Part shown: positions 30,040 to 40,210 of the stretch, piece by piece
How the letters are laid out: each line of letters starts with the position of its first letter
Numbering within the stretch: the first letter of the stretch is position 1
DNA from: Candidatus Cloacimonadales bacterium
Lineage (GTDB): Bacteria > Cloacimonadota > Cloacimonadia > Cloacimonadales > JAIOQZ01
NCBI GenBank assembly: GCA_963662655.2
Contig: CAXXTU010000002.1
Location: forward strand, 224,001-288,000
Length of the DNA stretch: 64,000 nucleotides
Reading direction: 5' to 3'
Program-made: the position numbers and the translations under genes
The notes under the pieces: model-generated
Databases searched by the model: none
Told to the model about the DNA's origin: nothing
What the model saw: the letters and a program-made list of their open reading frames with translations, nothing else

Positions 30040-33000
30040 TTGGTTAGACCCAGCGAGACGAGCCAGGCAACCTCTTCGGGATCGGTCGAGCTCGGCGATT
30101 CATGGGGCGGGAAGTGGATCAGATCGACCCAGGCGCAGTCCTCGCCGTCAACAGCGCCGCCATCCTTCGTGTAGAGCCATGTGAAGGTATGATCGCCGGC
30201 CATCACCGGGCAAACCTTCTGACGCCAGTCGATGTCCCCACTCCACATGCCCATCTGGGTATCGTCGATGAAGAATCGAAGCTTATCGCAATCCGCTTCG
30301 GAGGAAACCTTGAAGTAAAACGATATCAGCCCTTCGTGGAGGTCTTGCATCGCGATGGTCAGACCGCTGCTGTCGTTGTTGCCGATCTCGCCGGAACGAG
30401 CGCAGGTTTCACCGGCATAACCGCCATCAGAAATCTGCCATTCCGCGTCGCCGGTAAATGCCCACGGCAACAGCGAGAAGTCTTCGAAACACTCATACAA
30501 TTCTCCGACGGGGATGTCGAGAATATACTCGAAGCTGTAGTCTCCCGAGTCCACCTCCATTCGGAACGATGCGATCGATCCCGGATCCATCTCCATGCTC
30601 GGCGTGATGATGAAGTACGCCGTGTCGAATTCACCGCTCCCGATCGAGTCGATTTCCGTTTCCTGCTCCTCGATCGTTGCTTGTCCGCTGAGCAGCGTCA
30701 GGCTCACCGTTGTCTCCGGCGATGTCGCGTGCCCTCTATTGGCGATGGTGACATTGAAGTATCCCGTTTCACCCGGGAATAAAATACCGTATCCATCTCT
30801 AGTCAGGTAAATGATTTCCCAGTAGTCGACCGTTAACTGCGGCGCTGCGAAGGTAAGAGTGAACGGGGAAGTCCACGCCTCGTGCTCCTCGAACACGATG
30901 TCGATCAACGCCGAATGTTGATCGGGAACGCCATTCATCGATCGGATGGTGAAGGCGTTCTCCACGATTGTGCTGTCACCTGGGTTCAGAGCCGGGAACA
31001 CTGCGCTCGATTGGGAAAGGTCGACGTACGCATCTTCGGTGGCGAGGGAAGCCGAGAGGATTCCACTTGCCGATTGCCCGATGTTCTTGATGCTGACATC
31101 GAGCGAGACTGCTTCCTGATAATCGATTGCATCATTGCCGGTCTCGTGCGGCGTTACCGCTTGAACGACGATCCACGATCCCATTACCTGCTCCACGCTC
31201 AATTGCTCCGATTGCGTGAGGATGTCGTTGCCCGAGATATAGAGGAAAAGGTCGTCCGTCTGCACGATGCTGCTATCGAAAAGGATGGCCGCGCTGCCGC
31301 CGGCGTTGGTGGTGGCGGTTCCCAGCAAGACTCCGTCCTGAACCACCGAACAGACAACGCCTACTACGTTTCCGTCATCCGCGGATATGCTGACCTGCAT
31401 CGAGGTTGCGCCGATCGGGAGCGGTTCATCGTATGTGGCGGTTATCGCTCGGGGAGCATCGCACCAGATGCTCATCGCGGGATCGCCCAGCACGGTGCAA
31501 TCGTAGAAGCACCAGCGCAGAGCTCCCTGTTCGTGCTGGCCCGGGGCGTTTACGAAGGGCGCGCTCATGATGCGCGATTCCATGTGAGCACGACCAATTT
31601 CGCGGATGCCGCCGTGGTAGAGGGCATCGACATACTCGCGGTGTAGATGCTGCGAGGGGCCTTCGAGCTGACCCTCGTTGAACCAGCCGAAGCGGGTGTT
31701 TCCCACGTAGGATGCCGCGAGATTGTCGATCAGCACCATCCGCTCGCCGATGCAGTCTTCTTCGTCGAAGGCGGCGGATATGCAGCCGTGCGAGTAGATG
31801 TTCGTGTAATTATGGTCGGTGCCGTTGACGTTGCTGAAGTTGTTGTTGGTGATCTGGAGAGTCGTCAGCCGCATGTTGTAATTGTAGTTTGAGTGCCCGG
31901 CGTGATGGATGTAGGGATGCCCATCGTTGATTTCGTTGATCAACCGGGAACTGCTCCACTGCCCCTGGTCGCGGTCGTATAGCGTTTCGTAAGGACTGTC
32001 GTCGGGGATGCCGTAGGTGTGATACCCGTTCAGATCGCACTCCCCGATGATGGTGTCGAGAATGTCTCCGCCCCAGGTCAACGGATCGTTGTACATGTTC
32101 TCACCCACCAGGAGAGGTCTGTTCAGCTCGCTTTCGACCGGCTCCGTCTGGTACATGAGAATCTTGTTCATCATGGCGTTGAACTCGTCCTGCTCGTCGA
32201 ACGGCATGCGACCCACCGCCACGTCCGGCAGGAGATCGTCTTCGCCAATCTCGCCCCATAGGTCGTCGTTATCGTCGTTCCATGTGCCGTCCAACGCGGA
32301 ATAGTACAAATCCGACGGGATGTCGTCGCTCTCGACGAGATCGCTCGACTGCACCTGACAGAAGAATCCGCGATACTGAATGATATCGACGTCGCCGCCC
32401 AGCAGGACGTACTGGATATCGTGGTTGGTGTATTCCTGAATGATGTAGTTGCGCAGTTTTTCCTGATCGTCCTGCCCCATCTGGCTACCGGTTGCCTCGT
32501 CGATCGAGACGATTTCGCATCGGATGCCTCTCTTTCTGTAGAGCTCGGTGAGTTGACCGAAATCGTCCATATAGTCGTCGGAGGTCACGATCAGCATTTC
32601 GTAGGTGTCGGTACGAAGGTCGTTCAAGTTATATCTGTATGCCATCTGGGGATTTTCCGCGATCTTACGGGCTTCCATGCGGGAATGCTCGCTTACGCTC
32701 ACGGGAAGTCTTCCGGTCCGGGTATCCGCGCGGGTTTCGATCGATACACGGATGGTGCGATAGTAGCGGATGGAACCTTCCGCCGGTGTGTATTCCACCG
32801 GCGTTACAGTGAGGCTGGCAAAGCTGTATCCGCGCCATGAATCGACGCGAACGTCGCTGCGGAATCTGCTCGGATATGCGGAGGAAGAACTGTAAACATC
32901 GTTATCTCTGATGTATGCACTGTGTCCGGCTTCCGATATCGGGCGAACGTGCTGCATGGGGAACACCGCCCAGCTTCCTTCGAGGTCGATGGGATCCTCG

Positions 33001-33236
33001 CGGTAGACGCTAATTTTCGAAACCGTTTCCTGTGGTGGAAGAAGCAATCGTATCGCGCGGTAAGGCAAGCTCGGTTCGCCGGGCAAACCGCTCTGCATGG
33101 TGTTTTCAAATTCGATCAACGTTTCGCCGCGATGGTTTTTCAGCTCCGGCGATGTGAAGTGGATCGTGTGCTCGATGGTCTCCGCAAACAGCGTGAATGC
33201 CAGTATCAGTACGATTACAGTTATCGCGTATTTCAT
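29784..33236 (-). CDS. C25 (gingipain-family) cysteine peptidase with propeptide and C-terminal T9SS-A domain
   Basis: GLPGEPSLP propeptide, YVLLGGD, SDLYY, VGRMP, HAGHS and SHGC catalytic motifs, LGDP; start at MKYAITV. Confidence 0.9.
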   Translation of the reverse strand: MKYAITVIVLILAFTLFAETIEHTIHFTSPELKNHRGETLIEFENTMQSGLPGEPSLPYRAIRLLLPPQETVSKISVYREDPIDLEGSWAVFPMQHVRPISEAGHSAYIRDNDVYSSSSAYPSRFRSDVRVDSWRGYSFASLTVTPVEYTPAEGSIRYYRTIRVSIETRADTRTGRLPVSVSEHSRMEARKIAENPQMAYRYNLNDLRTDTYEMLIVTSDDYMDDFGQLTELYRKRGIRCEIVSIDEATGSQMGQDDQEKLRNYIIQEYTNHDIQYVLLGGDVDIIQYRGFFCQVQSSDLVESDDIPSDLYYSALDGTWNDDNDDLWGEIGEDDLLPDVAVGRMPFDEQDEFNAMMNKILMYQTEPVESELNRPLLVGENMYNDPLTWGGDILDTIIGECDLNGYHTYGIPDDSPYETLYDRDQGQWSSSRLINEINDGHPYIHHAGHSNYNYNMRLTTLQITNNNFSNVNGTDHNYTNIYSHGCISAAFDEEDCIGERMVLIDNLAASYVGNTRFGWFNEGQLEGPSQHLHREYVDALYHGGIREIGRAHMESRIMSAPFVNAPGQHEQGALRWCFYDCTVLGDPAMSIWCDAPRAITATYDEPLPIGATSMQVSISADDGNVVGVVCSVVQDGVLLGTATTNAGGSAAILFDSSIVQTDDLFLYISGNDILTQSEQLSVEQVMGSWIVVQAVTPHETGNDAIDYQEAVSLDVSIKNIGQSASGILSASLATEDAYVDLSQSSAVFPALNPGDSTIVENAFTIRSMNGVPDQHSALIDIVFEEHEAWTSPFTLTFAAPQLTVDYWEIIYLTRDGYGILFPGETGYFNVTIANRGHATSPETTVSLTLLSGQATIEEQETEIDSIGSGEFDTAYFIITPSMEMDPGSIASFRMEVDSGDYSFEYILDIPVGELYECFEDFSLLPWAFTGDAEWQISDGGYAGETCARSGEIGNNDSSGLTIAMQDLHEGLISFYFKVSSEADCDKLRFFIDDTQMGMWSGDIDWRQKVCPVMAGDHTFTWLYTKDGGAVDGEDCAWVDLIHFPPHESPSSTDPEEVAWLVSLGLTNYPNPFNPETTFAFALENPSRVSLDIYNIRGQRVRTLTDERMESGIHRVTWHGRDDNNRSVGSGVYFARIVTEAGAVVKKMVLIK

Positions 33237-33284
33237 GAATCCCCCAACTCTCTTTCTTTCTAAAACATATCCCCAGGAAAAATC

Positions 33285-33314
33285 TTGAACAGCGGAATTT
33301 CTTCCGCTGTTCAA
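33285..33314 (-). terminator. Hairpin/terminator between the C10 and C25 peptidase genes
   Basis: 13-bp perfect stem TTGAACAGCGGAA/TTCCGCTGTTCAA, GAAA loop on the minus strand, followed by GATTTTT. Confidence 0.65.
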
Positions 33315-33354
33315 TCTATAAGGCAATTTTTGATCCGAAAAGATTTGTTCAGTG

Positions 33355-35130
33355 CTATTTAATCAACAGCGTTTTATGCGTTACGGTGGCATTGTCCGTT
33401 TTCAGGCGCATGAAATAAACACCGGACGCCACGGTGTTCAAGTTCGAGTCCCTACCGTTCCAAACGACGCTGTGCGGTCCGCTTCCAAGAGTCTCTCGAA
33501 GTAGCGTGCGCACTTTTCTGCCGCGGATATCGAACACATCCAGCTCAACCCGCGATCGAGCGTTCAGCGAGAACCGTACGGTCGTTTCCGGATTGAACGG
33601 ATTGGGGTAGCTGGTCAGGTTCAGGTTCGGTGACTGGACGCCGGTGTCGCCATTGGCGTAGTTGATATCGAGATCGATATCGTTGCCGTAACCATCCGTA
33701 ATCGCGTGGATGTTGAAGCAATCGACCATTCGCCATTGCTCGAAGTACCAGTTGATGTGAAGGGTGCAAGCCACCGTTGCCGCTGATTCGATCTGTATCG
33801 GCAGATCCGGAAGAATCGAGTATCCGTTGGCGTCCCCGATCTCGTTGGAATAATCACCCCAGACGATGATGTCCTCGATTGTGATAGGCTCGTTCGAGAT
33901 GTTCATGATCTGGAATTCGATGTCGTTATCCATGTACGCCGTAATCGGAATCCATTCAGGGAACATCGTGTACGTTGTGGTTCGCTGCACATCGACTATC
34001 GCGCCTTCCACGACGGTGAGATTGTATGGGATGTTCTCGAACAGCACATACCATCCGTTGGAGGTTCCGCCCCACCCGAAGTTCAGGTGATAATAGTCGT
34101 CCGTGTTGTAGCCGTCAACAACGATATGATGCCCCGCGTCCCATGCCGGAGTAACCAGAGCCAGCTCGACGGGGATCGCGTTCATGATATTGCCGGAAAT
34201 GCGTTCGAAGAGGTCGGGCGCGTCGTTGTCGAGACAACTGAAACCCTCGAAACCGAAGCGCGTGTAGGCATCGACGGATTGGTCGACGCCGAAGGTCCCT
34301 GAACCGCTTGATGAATACACTTGTCTCGCGGCAACACCGCAGGCAAAAACGAGCGCTGCGATATCATCGTTGTTGGGAATAATCGCATAGCGATACTTGT
34401 GTTGGAGCGTATCGAGACAGGTGTTCAGTTCCGGGAAGGACGGGAATCCGTTTTCTTCCCAGTCGTCGTCGATCCAGTAAGTTCGTCCGCCGTAGTTGTG
34501 GTAGTAATCGTCGTCGTCGTTAAGCTGAGTGCCATTGGTTGTTTGATGGTAGTTCAGTACCTGTGCCATGGCGACAGCCGGGCATCCGGCGATGCTGCGA
34601 TTCCCGCTGTTGGGGTCCATCGGGCACATTGCGTTGTAGGGGTAGGATTGTGTCCACAGGGTTTCGATCCAGCCATCTGTTTCAGTCGTGCCGTCCGGAG
34701 GCCATTGCTCTGGACGGTCGCGGAGCGTTCCCGCGAGCAGGTTGTCCCAGCGGGATTGGTGCATGGTACGGCTCTGCTGCGAGTAGTTCTGCAGCCTGTC
34801 TTTAAGATCGGTGGCGATCAGCTCGTCCAGGAGATTGGTTCCATCCGGGAGAATCGTCTCGTACTCGCTCGTGAAAGAATAGGCCAGGACAGGGGGGAGG
34901 TCTGTGTCGGCAGATACGACAATGTATCCCGTCGGATGCAAGCCGTAAACGTAAGCGAGAGGTCCCTCGGCTACCAGGATGGTGTGGTCGAATTCAAGAG
35001 AATTGTCGTATCGATCGTTGAGTGTCAGGAAACTCCCGGCGATAGCGTCGGCTGTCTCGACCGTCTCGGGGATTGCAAACATCTGAATCATTACAAAAGC
35101 AGCTATGAACAAAGAAATCCATCTTCTCAT
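33355..35130 (-). CDS. C10 (streptopain-family) cysteine peptidase with prodomain and C-terminal T9SS-A domain
   Basis: GYIVVSAD...PVLAYS, W.Q..PYN..CP, AGCPAVAMAQ, GHHIVVDGY, HLNFGWGG. Confidence 0.92.
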   Translation of the reverse strand: MRRWISLFIAAFVMIQMFAIPETVETADAIAGSFLTLNDRYDNSLEFDHTILVAEGPLAYVYGLHPTGYIVVSADTDLPPVLAYSFTSEYETILPDGTNLLDELIATDLKDRLQNYSQQSRTMHQSRWDNLLAGTLRDRPEQWPPDGTTETDGWIETLWTQSYPYNAMCPMDPNSGNRSIAGCPAVAMAQVLNYHQTTNGTQLNDDDDYYHNYGGRTYWIDDDWEENGFPSFPELNTCLDTLQHKYRYAIIPNNDDIAALVFACGVAARQVYSSSGSGTFGVDQSVDAYTRFGFEGFSCLDNDAPDLFERISGNIMNAIPVELALVTPAWDAGHHIVVDGYNTDDYYHLNFGWGGTSNGWYVLFENIPYNLTVVEGAIVDVQRTTTYTMFPEWIPITAYMDNDIEFQIMNISNEPITIEDIIVWGDYSNEIGDANGYSILPDLPIQIESAATVACTLHINWYFEQWRMVDCFNIHAITDGYGNDIDLDINYANGDTGVQSPNLNLTSYPNPFNPETTVRFSLNARSRVELDVFDIRGRKVRTLLRETLGSGPHSVVWNGRDSNLNTVASGVYFMRLKTDNATVTHKTLLIK

Positions 35131-35167
35131 ACTTCCTCCAAATCATGCGGACATGATCAATTAGCGT

Positions 35168-35611
35168 TTATTCGATAATCTTGAACATATATTGAAACAG
35201 CATCACAACCACCACATTCGCCATGATGGATGTGATGATGAGAAAGAAACCGAGTCCGGCGATGAGCTTGCCTTTGGTCACAGCGGTGTCATCGAGTTGG
35301 ACGGGCGTGTCTCGTATCACCTTCACGCCGTTGGGCGGGAATCTGCGTTCGTTTTGAGCCCGTTTCCCGATCCGGATGAACCATATCCCGAAAACGATGA
35401 AACCCAGCAGGAAGGCGACCATGCATGCTTCCATGATCAACAGGCTGTTGCGGAGCTCCGCAATGCGATTTCCCTCTACAAGCTTCTCCAGGTAATTCTG
35501 AAACCAGGGTAAACCCCAAAAAACGATGCCAGCAAGGATCAGGATCGTTACGGCTGCGATACCGATCAGTAGGTTCCTGCGTCCTTTATCAGCCTTGATG
35601 ATTTCCGTCAT
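35168..35611 (-). CDS. Hypothetical membrane protein (3 TM)
   Basis: 147-aa ORF coupled to the upstream gene; RFPPNG.KVIRDT loop. Confidence 0.7.
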   Translation of the reverse strand: MTEIIKADKGRRNLLIGIAAVTILILAGIVFWGLPWFQNYLEKLVEGNRIAELRNSLLIMEACMVAFLLGFIVFGIWFIRIGKRAQNERRFPPNGVKVIRDTPVQLDDTAVTKGKLIAGLGFFLIITSIMANVVVVMLFQYMFKIIE

Positions 35612-36816
35612 TAGTTTCCTCCATCTTCGGATAGGTTGCCGTTGTTCAGTGTAATTTTCAATGTTTTTGTCATACGAGAGACCGTAGGATCCTCATCCGA
35701 TGCGATCAGAACAACATTTTCTGGAAGTTCCGGGAGCTCGACATCGCCGTTCTCGATCAATATCTCGACCCGATCGAGTGATTCCCAAGGGATGTCTGCG
35801 TGAACGAGGTTGTGGTACTCGGTAAAAAATCCCTTCCGGTAGATTTCGAAGACGGTCGTTTCCGGAGCGTCCTGGTTGGTTCGATTGCGTACCTTGCTTC
35901 CCGGGAAGCCGAATCCATTGGCCTCCCACTCGATCTTGAAGGTGTCGCCATTTTCCAGAATGAGGTCGCCGTCGTCGATGACAATCCGAAGACTGCGTCC
36001 AAGCGTTTCTGGTGCGATCGAAACAGACTTGTGCTTGTAATAGGGCGATCCCAGGAGAAACGCCGCGATTGCGATCAGTACAACCGGTATGCCGATCCCG
36101 ATGGCAAGCTTTTTGTGCTGAATGTGCTGCGTCCGGGGGACGTATAGGAGGCTTCTATCCAGCTTGAGCCATCGATAGACAGCCAGGGATACCAGGTAGA
36201 CCATTCCGCCGGCCCAAAGCACATCGCTGGCGAAGTGACCTCCCTGCTTCATCCGGGCATAGCCGATCAGGATTCCCATGATTAAGCCGAGAAGAAGCGA
36301 TAGCAGCGCGAACCAGCGCTTGGCCTTGCGCAGTATAAAGAACGGCGTGAAGAGGTAGAAGCCCATGGTCGCGTGGCCGCAGGGAAACGACTTCCCCTGC
36401 CCGGCGATTCCGGTTTCCCACGGCTGCATGAATTTTCCTTCTCCACCAAGTTCCACAACGTGACGGGGCCGGTTTCTGCCCCAGTAGTTCTTGAATCCAA
36501 GGTTCACGATCAACCCCGGCCCGAGGAGCATCGCGAGAACGAAGAACAGCACGATCTTGCGCCAGGCAATGTATTTCGTGCTCAGAAAACCCATGAACAG
36601 AAGGATTAGCGAGCCCACAGAGAGCAGTAGCGCCGGAATATTACCATAGTGATATAGAAATTTCCACGGCTGCGCGTCCCCTGCTTCCCATCCTGTTTCC
36701 TGAGAATAGAACATTCGCTCCAGCTTCATGTCCAGATTCATATTGGCGATAATCACAGTGCCGGCTACCAGAAGTAGCAGTAATCCTGAAATTTCGAGAA
36801 GTAACGCTTTGCTCAT
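35611..36816 (-). CDS. PAP2-family phosphatase (LpxF-like) with C-terminal extension
   Basis: K.YWGR.RP, SFPCGH, RMKQGGHFASDV. Confidence 0.88.
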   Translation of the reverse strand: MSKALLLEISGLLLLLVAGTVIIANMNLDMKLERMFYSQETGWEAGDAQPWKFLYHYGNIPALLLSVGSLILLFMGFLSTKYIAWRKIVLFFVLAMLLGPGLIVNLGFKNYWGRNRPRHVVELGGEGKFMQPWETGIAGQGKSFPCGHATMGFYLFTPFFILRKAKRWFALLSLLLGLIMGILIGYARMKQGGHFASDVLWAGGMVYLVSLAVYRWLKLDRSLLYVPRTQHIQHKKLAIGIGIPVVLIAIAAFLLGSPYYKHKSVSIAPETLGRSLRIVIDDGDLILENGDTFKIEWEANGFGFPGSKVRNRTNQDAPETTVFEIYRKGFFTEYHNLVHADIPWESLDRVEILIENGDVELPELPENVVLIASDEDPTVSRMTKTLKITLNNGNLSEDGGN

Positions 36817-37022
36817 CCCAACTCCATAAAAGTGAACTAATTTCATGTATTTTCATCTTTGAAGGTTTGTCAAGAGAGATTATGCCGGTGGAGTGTCGCA
36901 GGGAGAGAGATTCTTCTCCGCACACTTATTTCAAGATCATTATGCTCATGGAATTGTTAGCGAATGAATAATTGCTTGACATTACACACAATTATGAAGA
37001 AAAAATGAGAAATGGAGGATTT

Positions 37023-37646
37023 ATGAAGTATATTATTTTGTTGCTTGCTGTTGCTACGCTTTTCTCAGTCATCGGGTGCACGCCGAGTTATATTGTGCCC
37101 ACGGGAACCCCTGTCTATCTCGCGCATAACATGTGGTACAGATCGAATAAATTTGTCGAGGCAATCAACTTCAAGGGAATGCCTAACTTCATACCGGCCG
37201 GAACGCAGGTGATGCAAGTCAATGTCCGGTCGGATCGGGAAAACAACTACATCTATTTCAGGCTTGCAGAGCCTCCGCAGACCTATTTCCGTTTGTTCAT
37301 CAATGCCCGGTATCAAACGAACGGACATGACGAACTTACCCTGCAAGAACTCCACAACAGGATGTTTACGGAGAAGACGTTTGATCAGCTAACGGCGGGA
37401 TTTTCCAGCGATGAAATCGAGAACATCAGAAACGGAACCATTCAGCAGGGGATGTCGAAAGAAGCCGTTCTGGTTTCCTGGGGTTATCCTCCGCTTCATC
37501 AAACGCCGTCGATCGAGAGCGATCAGTGGTTTTACTGGAAAATGAGGCCGATCAAAACACTCTGTCAGTTCAGCAAGGACGGAACGCTCGTGGGGGCAAC
37601 CTGGTACGGAAATGGCGGGAATCCCTTCGAGAGGATATCGGAGTAA
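37023..37646 (+). CDS. Lipoprotein, tandem paralog 1 (C-terminal SmpA/BamE-like motif)
   Basis: Lipobox VIGC, YLAHNMWY, GTIQQGMSKEAVLVSWGYPP. Confidence 0.8.
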   Translation: MKYIILLLAVATLFSVIGCTPSYIVPTGTPVYLAHNMWYRSNKFVEAINFKGMPNFIPAGTQVMQVNVRSDRENNYIYFRLAEPPQTYFRLFINARYQTNGHDELTLQELHNRMFTEKTFDQLTAGFSSDEIENIRNGTIQQGMSKEAVLVSWGYPPLHQTPSIESDQWFYWKMRPIKTLCQFSKDGTLVGATWYGNGGNPFERISE

Positions 37647-37668
37647 TTCAACAACAAACGAAAGGAAG

Positions 37669-37905
37669 ATGATTTTGAAGCGATTCATTCAATGTGTTAC
37701 AATTATTGCTATGGCTGTGATTCTTCTAAGTTGTGCAGTGAGTTCGAAGCCGGGATTCGTGATGCCGCAAGGGCAGCTTTAGCTCGCGCATAACCTTTGG
37801 TTGAACGACCCCGGGAAGATCGAGGCGATCAATATTCATCGAACCAAGATTCCACAGAAAAATGGGGGTATTCCTGGTAATGGTGTCAATGTCTTGACAT
37901 CTTAG
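37669..37905 (+). pseudogene. Truncated lipoprotein paralog with internal amber stop
   Basis: MILKRF...LLSC...GQL*LAHNLWLNDPGKIEAIN; TAG at 37780-37782 replaces the Tyr of YLAHN; homology lost soon after. Confidence 0.8.
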
Positions 37906-37938
37906 CGAATTCAAACGCATCATGGCTTCATGGGGGCG

Positions 37939-38577
37939 ATGATGAAAGTACATCGTTTTATCCTTTTCGTATTGGCCAGCATTGCTTTGGGAAGCTGTGC
38001 TTCCTCAAAATCTACGTTTTCCGACGAACCTTTGTATCTTGCGCATAATTTGTGGTATGAAGTTCCAACATATCTGCATTCCACGATTCCACTGGAAGCT
38101 ATAAACTACAAGGATCTTAACTCGATGATTCCCGCCGGAACCGAAATACGGGATGTCGAGGTGACGTCGCGGTCGGTACGATTTAAAATACCAGGCAACG
38201 AGGCGATATTCGAAATCACCATCAATCCTCACTACCAGTCGAGAATATCGAGAAACGGCAGGATTACTCTATCCGCCGAAGAACTTACAAAGCGCACTGT
38301 CACTACCAAAACCTTTGCTGAACTGACTTCCGGATTGAAGCCCGTTGAGATCGAGAACATCCGGAACGGTACAATCCAGAAGGGAATGTCGAAACAAGCC
38401 GTTCTGGTTTCCTGGGGTTATCCTCCTTTTCACAGGACAGAGAGCGTTGAGAACTCCTCCTGGAGTTATTGGAGATACAAGCTGGGACGAGTGAGAGTTG
38501 AATTCAACGAGGATGGATTGGTTCAATATGCTACCTGGTATGGAAAGAACGGTAACGAAATTGATATTATTCCCTGA
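37939..38577 (+). CDS. Lipoprotein, tandem paralog 2
   Basis: Lipobox LGSC, YLAHNLWY, GTIQKGMSKQAVLVSWGYPP. Confidence 0.8.
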   Translation: MMKVHRFILFVLASIALGSCASSKSTFSDEPLYLAHNLWYEVPTYLHSTIPLEAINYKDLNSMIPAGTEIRDVEVTSRSVRFKIPGNEAIFEITINPHYQSRISRNGRITLSAEELTKRTVTTKTFAELTSGLKPVEIENIRNGTIQKGMSKQAVLVSWGYPPFHRTESVENSSWSYWRYKLGRVRVEFNEDGLVQYATWYGKNGNEIDIIP

Positions 38578-38590
38578 TATGGAGGATACA

Positions 38591-39205
38591 ATGAAACAAA
38601 TTCCGATTGTCTTTTTAATTGTAACGATTGGGTTGATTTTGGGTAGCTGTGCTTCGCAAACGATTACGATCCGTCATAAACCCTTGTATCTCGCTCAAAA
38701 CATCTGGTACGAAGATCCCACCGAGATCGAATCGATCAATTTCATCGGACTGTCGAATAAGATTCCGGCGGGTACACTAATCGAAAAAGCATGGGTATCC
38801 ACTCTTGATGATAACGAAGGAATTGGATTTTACCTTGTGGGGAGCGGCAAGCGATACCGCATGTGCAAGAAGATTGACTCCTGGCACTGGGTCGACTATC
38901 AATCGAACTCCGGAAATACGATTACGCCGGAGCAATTGCTCGAAAGGACATTTACGACAAAACCTTTTGAGGAGATGACTGCTGGAATGACGCCCGAAGA
39001 GATCGACAACATCAAGAAGGGCAGCGTTACGATTGGAATGTCGAAAGAGGCTGTTCTGATATCCTGGGGCTACCCTCCTTTGCATTTCACGCCAAGCCTG
39101 GATTTGCCGGTGTGGCGTTACTGGTTCTTGAGAAAGCAACCTATCGTTGTGGAATTCGACGCGGAAGGCAAGGTGATGAGTTCGAATTGGTCAGAGGATG
39201 AATAG
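38591..39205 (+). CDS. Lipoprotein, tandem paralog 3
   Basis: SD GGAGG, lipobox LGSC, YLAQNIWY, GMSKEAVLISWGYPP. Confidence 0.8.
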   Translation: MKQIPIVFLIVTIGLILGSCASQTITIRHKPLYLAQNIWYEDPTEIESINFIGLSNKIPAGTLIEKAWVSTLDDNEGIGFYLVGSGKRYRMCKKIDSWHWVDYQSNSGNTITPEQLLERTFTTKPFEEMTAGMTPEEIDNIKKGSVTIGMSKEAVLISWGYPPLHFTPSLDLPVWRYWFLRKQPIVVEFDAEGKVMSSNWSEDE

Positions 39206-39219
39206 TGAGCTATAAATGG

Positions 39220-39247
39220 AAAAAGCCGACATTGCTGTCGGCTTTTT
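39220..39247. terminator. Bidirectional terminator, near-identical to 40177-40204
   Basis: AAAAAGCCGACA-TTGC-TGTCGGCTTTTT. Confidence 0.85.
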
Positions 39248-39281
39248 ATATCTGGATGCAAAGCGAAGTCGCAACCAATTG

Positions 39282-40034
39282 TTACTCGGTGAACCTCGTA
39301 AGCGTTACCGAGCAAACCTCATGATCATAGACAATATCGCCTTCTTCCCATTCGTCCTCAACGGGGAGCGTATCCTTGATCAGGTCTACGTAATCGTCCG
39401 AATCCGCCTTCAGGAAAGAACCGATTTTGCCGAGGAGCTTGAGCGCGCCTTCCAGTATGCTTGAGATCAGGGTGGTGGTTCCCTTGGTGACGGTGCCGCT
39501 CATTGTCAGCAGCATGCTCAAGTCGCTTTGCTTGTACTCCGTTGCCAACTTCTCGATGGTTTCGGAAATCTTCCGACGATCCTTGTCCGATTCGAGAAGG
39601 AAGATGTTGTACGCCAGGCCAGCCGTAACTTCTCGCGGAGGAAATATAACGAGCGGTTTTCCGTCGAAATCATACGTCTGATTGACTTTGATAGGAAGGA
39701 TGAACGAGTCGGGCGAAGTATCGATACTTGGGTAAATACTGGGAGGATTCTTGCTGAGGTCCCAGCAGAACGAAACGATGTAAATTTCATTCTTTTTATC
39801 GAATACATTGCCGAGAATGCCCTCGAAACCTTTGTTCAATCTGATGGACTTGATTCTCAAGCCACGCTTCTCTTTCGAAACGACTCCTTCGAGAGGAATG
39901 GGCTGAGCCTTGCGAATTGCTTGCTCAAACTCACCGATGGTTTTGAAATTACCAAGAACAGGAAATTGCTTTCTGATTTCATCGGAGACAATGACGGTAA
40001 ACAGATCGGTAGAACCCTTTGAGATAAGAGACAT
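39282..40034 (-). CDS. Hypothetical protein
   Basis: 250-aa ORF with SD AAGGAGG and upstream TTGACA. Confidence 0.7.
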   Translation of the reverse strand: MSLISKGSTDLFTVIVSDEIRKQFPVLGNFKTIGEFEQAIRKAQPIPLEGVVSKEKRGLRIKSIRLNKGFEGILGNVFDKKNEIYIVSFCWDLSKNPPSIYPSIDTSPDSFILPIKVNQTYDFDGKPLVIFPPREVTAGLAYNIFLLESDKDRRKISETIEKLATEYKQSDLSMLLTMSGTVTKGTTTLISSILEGALKLLGKIGSFLKADSDDYVDLIKDTLPVEDEWEEGDIVYDHEVCSVTLTRFTE

Positions 40035-40176
40035 AACAACCTCCTTTGGTTATACCGAATCGAGATATATTTATTAGCGGTTGTCAAGAAGATATAATAT
40101 AATTGTTAAGTTGACGCAGGTTAAGCAAGCGCTAAACAAAGTAACAACAAGCTCTCCGCAGAGCCTGCGAGTATAA

Positions 40177-40204
40177 AAAAAGCCGACATCGCTGTCGGCT
40201 TTTT
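40177..40204. terminator. Terminator of the secG-tRNA-Leu unit
   Basis: AAAAAGCCGACA-TCGC-TGTCGGCTTTTT. Confidence 0.85.
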
Positions 40205-40210
40205 CAATAT

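Noticed and set aside
37780..37782. Pyrrolysine or amber read-through in the lipoprotein copy
   Set aside because: The frame loses homology and stops again at 37903; TAG is used as a normal stop elsewhere in the window.
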